A stretch of 64,000 nucleotides of DNA. It comes from Eledone cirrhosa (lineage: Eukaryota). The notes below the pieces were generated by a model that was not told the DNA's origin, searched no databases, and saw nothing but the letters and a program-made list of their open reading frames with translations. Positions 1 through 11,300 of the stretch are shown one piece after another. Location of the stretch: positions 200,384,001-200,448,000 of the forward strand of contig OZ024742.1 of assembly GCA_964016885.1 (NCBI GenBank), written 5' to 3'. The translations under genes and the position numbers were made by a program. Positions within the stretch are counted from its first letter, which is position 1. Each line of letters starts with the position of its first letter.

Positions 1-112
1 TGTAAGGATAAAAGACAAAGTTAATTTTGGCAGGATTTGAACATAGAACATAAAGGGCCATGACTCTATGCTGCAAAACAGGGCGGCTGATGCTCTACCG
101 ATACTGCTAATC
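1..112 (-). mobile_element. tRNA-derived SINE family 1, partial copy
   Basis: Degenerate match to the SINE copies at 39458-39647 and 50590-50782 (aaggat-aaag-caaagttaa...ggatttgaac...ctctaccgatactgc). Confidence 0.75.
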
Positions 113-765
113 CCCCCCCCCCACTAATATATTTATGAATAATAACCATTCCTAAGTTTTGCTCATAAACATTCATAAGTCTTGCTTATAAGCATTCATA
201 AGTCTTGCTTTGGGTATTTTTGCTTCAATAACCAAAGTGTAACTGACATGATCACAGCCTAAAATACCTACAGTGAGACTTATATATGTTTATTATACAT
301 AAACATATTGTATATGAAAATTAGTATTAGTACTCCAACATAGCATTAAACACATATATATACGTGTTGTATTTCGGATAATATAGAGGGCGTTTATGAA
401 AAACTTTTGACAGCCATCTGCCATGAATTTTTAAGGTTGTGACCACTGTTGTACATCCTTAGGCTCAGCAATAACAAGGGGAAGTAACTGACAACGTTGT
501 TTCTCACTTGTTTGCAGTTGTTAAAGCTACATATCCACCTAGTTTTTGCTGATACAAAAATTAGCTAAACTCTAATAGATTTCTCGTTTATGTATATGAA
601 CTGACGAAGCTCATTTGCATCTGAAGCAATTGGAGTTCGAAATGACAGCTGTAGAAATCAAGCCAAAATACAAATTCTGACTTGTCTCATAATGTGACAA
701 CCCATCTAAACCATACAAGTGTGGAAAAATAGACATTAAATGGTGATGATGATATATTTATATAT

Positions 766-915
766 GGCGAATTGACAGTTATTAGGATGTCGGATAGAAT
801 GTTTTGGGGGTATTCGTTCCAACTCTGTGCTGTTCAAATTTGGCCAAGGTCAACTTTACTTTTCATCCTATTCGAGGTCAATAAAAAAGTACGAGTCTAG
901 TACTGGGGTCGATTA
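766..915 (+). mobile_element. Degenerate SINE family 1 copy
   Basis: B-box remnant gttcaaatt, then core caactttacttttcatcctattcgaggtcaataaaaaagtac. Confidence 0.6.
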
Positions 916-1128
916 TTCCTTTATGTCCTTTTCTCAATTCCTCTCTATCACTCTTTCTCTCTGGAAGAAATCAGCTATGTTCAGATCTGGAGAGGAGATG
1001 GGCTTTGTCAGGTTTTAAAATCAATGGCCAAGAAACTCTACTGAATATCATCAGTTGTTTAGGATCTATTTTTCATTACATGCCACAATGCGATCAAGAA
1101 ATGGCCTGTTTTTGTTGTGCATAAAAGG

Positions 1129-1268
1129 GGTTAACGTATGTTGATGCCCTAAGGACAGACACTGGTCTGTTGGAGATGCGGGACATGGCAGCGATAATGA
1201 GGGACAGAGACCGCTGGAGAGAACTCGTCCATGGATCTCGGGAATTTTACCCGCCTTAGATAGATAGA
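1129..1268 (+). mobile_element. 3' end of an RTE-like LINE (same family as 7035-7662)
   Basis: Near identity to 7531-7662; ends in a short (TAGA)n tail. Confidence 0.8.
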
Positions 1269-1289
1269 AAAGGGGTGAAAGAGCAGACA

Positions 1290-1550
1290 TAATAACAGCA
1301 ATTTATCTGGTTTACGTTTAATTCGTGTAGCACACATTTTTCAAGCTGCTTCGACTTTCCAATTCGGTTCAAATGTTCAGAAATTGTATCTAGCACTCCT
1401 GCAAGTCTTGAACAGTTGTGTGAGGATTTGCTTCCACCAAAGTCTTCAATTAATTGTCGTTAATGGCAGAAGGACGTCCACAATGTTTCTCATCTTCAAA
1501 GGTGAATTCACCACAGCAGAATTTTTTAAATCAATGTTACACTGGGTAGA
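1290..1550 (-). pseudogene. Mariner transposase N-terminal (HTH) relic
   Basis: Minus strand reads FKKFCCGEFTFEDEKHCGRPSAIND.*LKTLVEANPHTTVQDL, matching mariner WF.RF..G..sLEDE.RSGRP...LK.LVEA.P..T. Confidence 0.7.
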
Positions 1551-2204
1551 ATATTTTCATACACACACACACACACAAAGTATACAAGCACATGCATACA
1601 TATATGGTACAAACAATGTCATTTTACCTGTACAAGTTAATATAAAGATAACTTTTCACATAAATTTTATTAAGATAAATTTTATTACAGTCATACATGA
1701 TCAGGTTTTAGAAAGGTCAGGGGAATCCACCGAATAGAAATAGAACCGAATTATATTTTAACTTAGGGAATGTTTTAAGCTATGGTCTATTTACAAGGTT
1801 CAAGTAAATCCCTTGCTGGAATGTTGCACATATAACTGCTATACCAAAAATTATTAGTTAGTTTTACCATAAAAGGCACTCAATACATGGGTAGAAGTGA
1901 TGTCCGAATGAGTATCTTCCATTACCAACTAACTTACACTCTGCCCCTGGGTACCGGCTGACAGGGTGGATAATGCATTGCCCATTTGATATTACCAGAT
2001 GATCAAAGAATCAATTATTGAATGTATAAGTTAACTTGCATGAAATGTAGAGTGCAAGTGATCCTAAGAGTGTAGCTGGGATGCCATTTTAAAGAGAGGT
2101 TTCAAAGAAAATAGTGTTACTGTTACAGTTAGAAAGGAAAGCAATATATGTGGAGGTCTGGAAGGCTTCAAAAAGGAGCTACATGCCATGTACTTATCTT
2201 TAAT

Positions 2205-2285
2205 GAATAAATTCTCATTCCAGCAAGACGGAGCAAGCCTTCACATCTCTAATGAGTCACGAGAATGGCTGAAAAATAACTGTTA
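2205..2285 (+). pseudogene. Tc1/mariner transposase catalytic-domain relic
   Basis: FSFQQDGASLHISNESREWLKNN (FQQD.A..H motif). Confidence 0.55.
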
Positions 2286-2705
2286 TAAATGAGTAATGTA
2301 GACAAAAACAAAAATGGAGTCAGTTTTGTCTGAGTTACACTGTAATACTTCATGCAGGGAAAACCCTGAAGGATCACCATGAAGGATCACCATGGATTAA
2401 ACGGAAATCTAACATTTCTTTCGAGGTTGGTTTGCGCATGAGCGAAACGGCGAGGACCAGCAACACTATTGGTCTCTAAATCTTGAATAAAATGAAAACC
2501 TTATTCACAAAGATTAGCGGCAGCTTCTATTTTTATATACCCCCACCACACACATACACGCATATATGTATATATACATATATATATATATAATGTGTGT
2601 GTGTGAGTGCGTATGTATGTATGTATGTATGTATGTATGTATAGAGGTATTTTCGAATATTACTTCCATTGGGCTTTTTAGTTTATTATATGTGTGTGTG
2701 TGTGA

Positions 2706-2780
2706 ATGCGCTTGGCTTAGTGGTTAGAGAGTTGGATTTAGAATTATGAGGTTGTGAGTTCGATTCCTGGTCCGGGAGAT
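2706..2780 (+). mobile_element. tRNA-derived SINE family 2 head (Pol III A/B boxes)
   Basis: A box TGGCTTAGTGG, B box GAGTTCGATTCC; homologous to 47900-48020 and 31090-31258. Confidence 0.75.
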
Positions 2781-4939
2781 GAGGACTGAACCACCTAATG
2801 GAGGAGAAGAAGATCAGGTGCGACGTGTTAGGGCTGTGCGAGACCCGCCAGAAGAAGGAGGCGAGTTCGCGATGGCAAGATGAATGGGCTTCGGGGGTCG
2901 CTTCTTGCCAGTTCATATCGTCACGGATTGGTGTACTGAACGTGAACCTCTCAGGGAAGGCCACCCTCAAGATCGTCCAGACCTACGCTCCCACAAGTGC
3001 CGGCGACGACGGTGGGGTGGAAGAATTCTATCGCCAGCGAGACAAAGTGCTAGCTGTGAAGTCCACTTACACCGTCGTGATGGGAGACTTCGGCGCAAAG
3101 GTCGGACAGAGACGGCAAGGGGAAGAGTGTGTCGGAATATTCGGCCTAGGAGAGTGAAATGAGAGAGGAGAGCGTCTGGTCACCATGGCGGAGGCGAGAC
3201 GACTCTACATCGGAAACAGTCTATTCAGGACGAAGAAGGAGAAGAGATGGACCTGGGTATCGCCAAATTCTGAGCACCGAAACGAGATCGACTACATCTT
3301 GGTCAACAAGCGACGCATACTGCAGGACGTCTCCGTCATAACGCCATTCAACACTGACAGTGATCATCGTCTGGTGAGGGCGGGGGTCGTCATCGACCGG
3401 ACGGGGGAGAAGAGGGCGCTGCATTTGGCGTCGAGGGGAGAGCGCGTCCGGGTCTTCGGCGGGGCGCAGCTGCGGGAAGCCATTGTGCAGGAGGGGTGGC
3501 GTCAGGGAGACGGCGTGGACGCTGGCTACGACTCACTGATAAGGAAACTTGAGGAGGGCTAAGGGTGTGTACCTGAGCGAGCGGAAGGGAAGAGTCTCGG
3601 AGGAAACTATGAAGTTGCTTGAGAAGAGGACACCTGAAGATCACCTCGAATATTCCCTTCTCACCAGAGTGATACGTCAACAACTGAAGAGAGACTTCGA
3701 GGCATACCGGATGGAGAAGCTCCTGAAGGCCGCAAAGGAAAAGAAGAGCCTCAAGAAATGCGAGAGGGACATGACAGTGTACAGATCGGAGGTGACGACC
3801 CTGGAAAACACGGCTGGAATACCGGTCAGCGACAAGAGTGAGGTGGAAAGGGTTTGCGAAGACTTCTACACCAAGCTCTTCAAGTATGCCGGGAATGTGC
3901 AGCCGTTGCCGTCACTCCAACAGGAGGAGAATGTGCCACCCATCCTTGTCGGTGAGGTCGAAAGAGCCGTCGGCTTGATGAAAAGCGGAAAGGCGCCAGG
4001 GAAAGACGGCATAACATCGGAGGTGTTGAAGTCAGGCGGAGAGCAGCTCTGGAAAATCCTCGCCGAGCGATTCACACACTATCTGAGCGAGGGAAGAGTG
4101 CCCTCTCAGTGGAGGGAGTCGAGTGCCATCCTGCTATACAGGAAGGGCGATGGGGAAGGTCTGAAGAACTGCCGACCCATACGCCTGCTGTCTCACGTGT
4201 ACAAGCTGTTCACGAGGATAGTCCTGAACAGGTTGTCACGTCATCTGGGCGGACAGCGACCGGGGGAGCGGCCGCTTCTGGAGGGGCTACAGCACGGTGG
4301 ACCACATATTTACTCTGACACAACTGCTTGAGTGAGCAAAAGAGTACAAGATACCTCTTTGCATCGCGTTCGTAGACTACGAGAAGGCCTTCGACAGCGT
4401 CGAAATCAACGCAGTGCTGAACTCGCTGCAGAGGTGAGGAGTCGAGGCACAATACGTTCAACTGCTCAGGGAGGCGAGTTCCGGATGCACCACTGACATA
4501 GCTCTGCTGTCATTACCCGTACGAGTGCCGGTCGAGAAGGGAGTGAAGCAAGGAGATACGATTTCTTCAAAACTTTTCACCGCGTGTCTCGAGCAGATCA
4601 TCAGAGGCATTGACTGGCAAGGCGGTGTCAACATCAACGGCGAGATACTTACCCACCTCCGTTTCGCTGATGACATCGTACTCATCGTTGAAACCACGGA
4701 TCAGCTTCAGACCATGCTGACGGAGCTCGACATCAAAAGCTCTGCAGTGGGCCCCAAGATGAACCGCATGAAAACGAAGTTCATGCGGTCCGACAACGTA
4801 CCAACAGGTCGAATGGTGGTTGGCGGGGATGAGATAGAGGAGGTGGAGGAATACCTCTACCTAGGACAAGAAGTGAACATGCGCTGAGACATTGAGAGGG
4901 AGATCTCGCGGAGAGTAAGGGCCGGATGGAAGGCGTTCA

Positions 4940-4947
<8 letters not shown>
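2781..4947 (+). mobile_element. RTE-clade LINE copy 1 (APE endonuclease + RT), inactive, truncated at both ends
   Basis: EN motifs DVLGLCETR, YAPTS, MGDF(G)AKVG, NEIDYIL, SDHRLV; RT motifs KAPGKDG, FVDYEKAFDSV, GVKQGDTIS, LRFADDIVL; stops and frameshifts; colinear with 42709-44829. Confidence 0.95.
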
Positions 4948-4975
<28 letters not shown>

Positions 4976-4981
4976 CATATA

Positions 4982-5572
4982 TGGTGGCTACCAACTCGTT
5001 TTCGAGTACGGCCACTACTTTATATCCATGTAGGAGAACCCCTACCGATGCGCTGAACAAGTGTGATTTTTTAGTCCAGCCAGCGACTTGAAAACTCTGG
5101 TACAAACACTACACTTGTGACAATTATTGACACATAGTGCTGGGCCCATGGCACCATGTGATGACAAGTGCAGAGAGATCTCCAGATATAAAGCAATGCC
5201 TGTGCCGTGAAGCTTTTATAGTGAGCAAAGGCACTGCAGAAAGCCAGTATCACTCTCTTAACCAAGATGATATTTACTAAAAAGAAGAATAAGTCAACAT
5301 CATTGGATACCATCAGGGTTGCAGGTGTTATATCAGAGTTTTCCTTCTCCTAGAATTCTGCCTTGACAAAGGCTAAGGGGTCATCTCTCCAGGTGATTTT
5401 GGATGGCCATTGACTCTTAAGAGCTCCTTTGCCCTTTGACAGGTTTTGTTTTCAGTCCTGCAGGATGTCCAAAGTCACCCTCCTCACCAAGAAACCTTGG
5501 TGGGGTTGCCAGTTTAGTTGCCAGCGACCCGACCATGGGACAGGTTGTACTGGGATACATGTTACCAGTAGT
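4982..5572 (-). repeat. Dispersed ~0.55 kb repeat, unclassified (inverse copy at 22446-22957)
   Basis: Near-identical reverse complement of 22446-22957; both copies flanked by microsatellite. Confidence 0.85.
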
Positions 5573-5675
5573 ACATATATATATGTAATACATACATATA
5601 TATATATTCATACATACATATATATATACATACATATATATTCACATATATATATATACATATATATATACATAC

Positions 5676-5730
<55 letters not shown>

Positions 5731-5756
5731 CTTATATATATATAAGCGAAAGTATG

Positions 5757-5953
5757 TCCCCGACGGCAGAGCTCAAGCCGTTTCAGCGGCTATTTCTCGA
5801 CTAAAGTGACTTTAGTCCAGAAATAGCCGTCGAAACGGCTTGAGCTCTGCCGTCGGGGTCATACTTTCTCCTATTACCCACTCTACTACCCTAAGTATTG
5901 AGTACTCTGGTGCGTTATGGACCATCTGGTTCCTTACCACAACACCTCCGTTA
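5757..5953. mobile_element. Foldback fragment of the Penelope-like element pseudo-LTR
   Basis: ccccgacggcagagctcaagccgttt followed by its inverse and ccactctactaccctaagtattgag; matches 35898-36397. Confidence 0.85.
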
Positions 5954-5994
5954 TATATATATATATATACATTACTATATGAAAATATATATAT

Positions 5995-6980
5995 AAGTAT
6001 GTACACGTACATACATATATGTATACAGACGTACAGTAGTATGCATATATATATACATACATGCACACATATATATATATGTACGTATGGATTCACCGAA
6101 CATTTATTATAATGCTCGGTGTGTTTGTAAACAAACATCCCCCGCCGATTAACTCACTCGATATGCAAATTAGGCTGCTCAGTCGTTAATATGCATAAGG
6201 AAAGTATATACTTTCAGACGTTCAACCATCTGGCAGGAAGGTATACGTTGCTGACGATAGCTAATAAGCTTAAAACTATTACAGCGTTCCTTTGTCAGTG
6301 TTGAACAAATGAGCAACGATGGTTGCTAGACACTGTACGGCTTAATTCGGGATGTTTGTTTACAAACACACCGAGCATTATAATAAATGTTCGGTGAATC
6401 CATACGTACATATATATATGTGTGCATGTATGTATATATGTATACATACTACCGTACGTCTGTATACATATATGTATGTACGTGTATATACTTATATTTA
6501 AGTAACAGCCGTACTAAGAGTGAGAAATGAAATTTCGTTTCATTTTTTTCCGTTTATCGTTTTCGGTACCCCGGCCGATCAACTCACACGATATGCAAAT
6601 TAGGCTGCTCGGCCGTTAATATGCATAAGGAAAGTATATACTTTCAGACGTTCAACCATCTGGCAGGAAGGTATACGTTGCTGACGATAGCTAATAAGCT
6701 TGAAACTATTACATCGTTCCTTTGTCAGTGTTGAACAAATGAGCAACGATGGTTGCTAGACACTGTACGGCTTAATTCGGGATGTTTGTTTACAAACACA
6801 CCGAGCATTATAATAAATGTTCGGTGAATCCATACGTACATATATATATGTGTGCATGTATGTATATATGTATACATACTACTGTACGTCTGTATACATA
6901 TATGTATGTACGTGTACATACTTATATTTAAGTAACAGCCGTACTAAGAGTGATAAATGAAATTTCGTTTCATTTTTTCC

Positions 6981-6985
<5 letters not shown>
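5995..6985 (+). mobile_element. Hammerhead-bearing small element: inverted part plus two tandem 430-bp units
   Basis: 6141-6560 repeated at 6571-6985; 5995-6140 is the inverse of ~6350-6495; cores CTGACGA at 6251 and 6681 with stem II AGCT/AGCT, then AAAA (unit 1) or GAAA (unit 2). Confidence 0.75.
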
Positions 6986-7022
<37 letters not shown>

Positions 7023-7034
7023 GTATATATATAT

Positions 7035-7662
7035 GAGACTAAAACAAAATGTCTGGTAGAGAATGTTGAGAAGCCAGAGGGGATCACTAATGTAGGCGGG
7101 AAGCCGCTAGAATTGGTTGAGGACTTCCTGTATTTGGGAGAAAAGATTGGGAATATGGAAGATGATGTGGTTGAGAGGAAGAGCAAAGCCTGGGTGGCGT
7201 GCCACAGCTTGAGATCGGTGTGGAAGTCGGACCTTCGTAAAACCTGAAAATCCGCCTCTTCATTGCTGTAGTGGAATCTGTGCTGCTGTACAGGTCTGAG
7301 ACTTGGACACTGACCAAGAAACTCACTCAGATGGTGGATGGGTGCTACACGAGAATGCTGAGGATGGCTCTGAACATTAATCAGTATACACTGAGGATGA
7401 AAAAACTCAGAGCAAAAGTGACACAGAGGAGACTGAAGTTAGCTGGACATGCTCAACGAATCCAGAATTGACATTGCACTCAGTGCTCCTGTGGGAGCCC
7501 CTACATTGACACACTGGAAGAGGAAGACCAAGGTTAACGTATGTTGATGCCCTAAGGACAGGCAATGGTCTGTTGGAGACGCAGGACATGGCAGCGATAA
7601 TGAGGGACAGTGACCGCTGGAGAGAACTCGTCCATGGATCTCGGGAGTTTTACCCGCCCTAG
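7035..7662 (+). mobile_element. RTE-like LINE 3' fragment
   Basis: [53 protein letters not shown]. Confidence 0.85.
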
Positions 7663-7705
7663 AATATATATATATATACATACATATATATATATATACA
7701 TACAC

Positions 7706-7736
<31 letters not shown>

Positions 7737-7889
7737 CATACACATATATATATATATATATACATATATATATTTACATACATATATATATATACATATA
7801 TATATACAAACATATATATATAAGTATATACATACATATATATATATATATACATACATATATATATATACATACATATATATATATAT

Positions 7890-7922
<33 letters not shown>

Positions 7923-7981
7923 CATACATATATATATACATACATACATATATATATACATACATATATATATATACATAC

Positions 7982-8022
<41 letters not shown>

Positions 8023-8027
8023 TATAC

Positions 8028-8058
<31 letters not shown>

Positions 8059-8077
8059 CATACATATATATATATAA

Positions 8078-8157
<80 letters not shown>
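7663..8157. repeat. (TA)n/(TACA)n compound microsatellite
   Basis: Direct inspection. Confidence 0.95.
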
Positions 8158-8160
<3 letters not shown>

Positions 8161-8368
8161 GGAGGTGAGTTTTATTGTAGCAACAATAAAGCAATGCAAA
8201 CATCGGATAAGTAGCACTCCACAGCTCACAAGTGTTTTTTAAACTTCATATCATGTTTCCCTATTTTATCTGTTGAGAACGCAAATATCATCCCATGATG
8301 ATATTTGTTTTTGAAATGCGTATAATAAAATACTTGGAACTCTTTTAACCATCTTTTGATCTTATATT
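8158..8368 (+). mobile_element. Hammerhead-bearing small element (family also at 49527-49758 and 62881-63100)
   Basis: TTTTAT-CTGTTGA(mutated core)-stem II caaatatcatc/gatgatatttg-GAAA-tgcgta-TA-ATAAAA; 8158-8225 is an inverted terminal piece. Confidence 0.7.
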
Positions 8369-8379
8369 ATATATATATA

Positions 8380-11300
8380 CTAACATTAAAGCCCGGCGTT
8401 GCTCGGGGTCAGTAAGTTACCAAAGTTAGGTTGCACCACCCATTTTATGGCAGCACTTTTTTGTCTGCCAGGCACTGGTTGAATGAATTGCAAACCTGCA
8501 CTGCCGAAGCAGGAGCTGCGCCAGCAGTGACAATTGTAGTTTCGCCTATTGATATTATCTCTGTGCAAAGAAGTGTTCAAATTTATTGTTTCACAGTACT
8601 TGCGCAACACGCGCATAGACGATGCCAGCCGAACAACAGAGCTGCGATGGAGTTGTTCTGCATGACATCTTTTAACGGGGGAGGGGTGGATTGAGGGAAC
8701 CACAAACAGGGGCCTGAAAACATTGTCGAATTATGACAACCAAAAAAGAGGAAGAGGGGTCATTGTATGGTTGGTGCATCATGTACGTCGGACGTAGAAG
8801 ATGAGCCTGCTGCTGTGCCGACGGAGGGAGTGAAATAGAGTTGAGCGGAGGCCAGGTGTTGGTGAAGTGGGAAGTAATTGCAGGGAACCGCCTAAAAATG
8901 TAAATCCCGTCATTAAAGCATTGTTGACCCTTTGAGAGTCGTACGGAGGTGAAATACTAACCTGTCCACGGTCCTCCGAGGCCCACCAAACGGGGGTTGG
9001 TGAGGAGCAACAGCTGATATTTGGGTAGGGTCGGAGTTGCAATGAAGCTTTGTAACGCCGCGAGAATCAGCCTTTGTACGGCAGATGGTGGGGAGTGTCC
9101 AGTGCACTGCAGTGAAGGTTAACCCTAGAAAGTACTCACGAAAAGGCAAAAAATAAAAAAATAAAAAAGTTATAAAATTAGGAATCGAGGTAATCCTATA
9201 AAACCTCCTTGTACACAATGTTTTTTGTTTTTCCTTGCGGAACGAACGCGAAATCATCACTCTTGCTGCCGACACGCGAGCAGCCAACGTAAAGCTGACC
9301 GTGAGAGAAACACGGCTCCCCTAAATGTATTCCCGCGTCAGACAGTGTTTGCTCCTGCGCTTTGTTAATTGACATTGCGAAGCATGGCCTGACCGGGAAC
9401 TGGGACCTCCGAAATGTGAAAGGTAGGTCTGCTCCTGATGGGAAAAGATGCATCCTCGGTATGAACACAACCTTGCCCCGACCGCACCTTGTGATTATCG
9501 TGGCCTCAATCAGATTGGGAGCTAAGGACTTAACGACCAAACGTGTGCCATTGCATTGTTTCGGCGGAACCAAATTTCGAATGAGCATTATAGGGGCACC
9601 AACTTTAAGTTTCAAAATGTGTGGGGGTAATCCGGGGGGCTCAAAGGAATTTAGTACCTCTATTGGATAGTTGATGACGTCCTCGGGGTCAGGAGTTCTA
9701 TCGATAGACTTATATACGTAGCCATCCCCAGGAATGAGTTTTAGCATTTGATCATTAATATGGTTAACAGTTTTATTCCTCGGGGCCAGAATAGCCCTTT
9801 GGACAAGCCAATCCATATTCTGATAATTTGCTTGGAGATCTGGGAACACTGCATCCCTGAGATCAGAAGGCGTACTAACAACAGTACAAAATGAGTCGAT
9901 GGCAATATTAACCTTTTCATCCCCGGGCGTTTTGCCTTCGCCAAGTGCAAGGAGGGTGTGAGAAAATGCTGCTGATGCGATATCACCTCGCATATGAGCA
10001 CACATGTTAGTGTGAAGTTTCAGAGTCTTCACCAGGGGCCACAATGCGGATGACTTAAGACACGCACGTACTGCATCGGCTCTAGTCCCCTTGGGAATAA
10101 CGGGAAGCGTTTGCCTGAAGTCCCCTGAAAGAAGAAGTGTTATGCCTCCCATGGGAGCCGTAGAGTCTTTGATGTCTCTCAGAGTTCTATCGAGCGCCTC
10201 AAGAGCACCTCTGTAGGCCATCGTACATTCGTCCCAAACTATAAGCTTGCATCGTCTGAGCACTTCTGCCTGATCGGAGCTCTTACTGATGTTGCAAATG
10301 GGTGTCTCAGTCTTCGCTAAGTCAAGCGGGAGCTTGAAATAGGAGTGAGCTGTCCTGCCGCCCGGCAACAAAGTAGCCCCAATTCCAGATGAGGCAACAG
10401 CTAAGGCAATTAATTTGGTGACAAAAGTTTTCTCAGTCCCCCCAGCTTTGCCCCGGACAGAATTAACAACGGAGTTGTAAGCGAATTTCTGTTCTGGAAG
10501 GAGCTTTGGCTCATTCTCCACTATGTACTGGGCAAGCTTGTCAACATTATAAGATGTCTCACGCAGCAAATCCTAAGACAGAGTGTTGCGCCTTCCCGGT
10601 TTGTTGAAGGTAGGCCATACACAGCCAACGCACTACCGCCCATATCGAGAACAGTATCTTCGATTTCAAGCAGCTCCCTGTTGTAAATGAAGTCCCTGTA
10701 CGCGACCTCCACCGATGGGTTTAGCAACTGAGCGTGACGCAGGAAATCTTCAGACATGTAATCTTTGTAGCTAAGCCATAAAGAGGCCGGATCACCCAAG
10801 TCGTACCATAGGAGTAGAATAGCGAAAAGCGATCTTAGTCTTTTAGGAGATTTCAACAAAACGCCCTCTGCCATAGTGGCGCCCCATTGTGAATCATCCT
10901 CCAAAAGGCCACGCCTAAAGCAGGCTTCCCGGAAAGTATCACATAATTCACCGTCAACAGTTCTTATGTCTCGAAAGCTTTGTGGGCCAAAAACCTCACG
11001 GAGGAGAAGGCGCAGGTGAAAACACTCATGCTGGTTGGGAGGTACAGTGTACACTCTTCCTAGACAACTGTCAAACTTGACACCAGGATGTCCTTCAACA
11101 TCCTGACCTGACTTCCTACGCACCCAAGTGTTGTTTGACCACACGTAGTAGGACGGGACCTGAGGGTATGAAAGTGTTTTTGCAAATGTGTCAAGTTGGC
11201 AAAGCGTAAAAAAACCAGTCAAAGTTGTTTCTTTTGGATTGGCCGCCAAATGAGCAGCAATCTGTTCAGTAAAGTAAGCCCGCTGGCCGTTTATCAAATG

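Noticed and set aside
598-655. CTGACGA...GAAA cores at ~601, and CTGATGA at 42101 and 52951
   Set aside because: No convincing stem I or cleavage triplet, or no GAAA, so not called as ribozymes
7439-8229. Long ORFs of YI/IY, CV or HT repeats here and throughout (e.g. 18852-19485, 31089-31508, 61910-62922)
   Set aside because: Translations of (TA)n/(CA)n microsatellites, which lack stop codons in these frames
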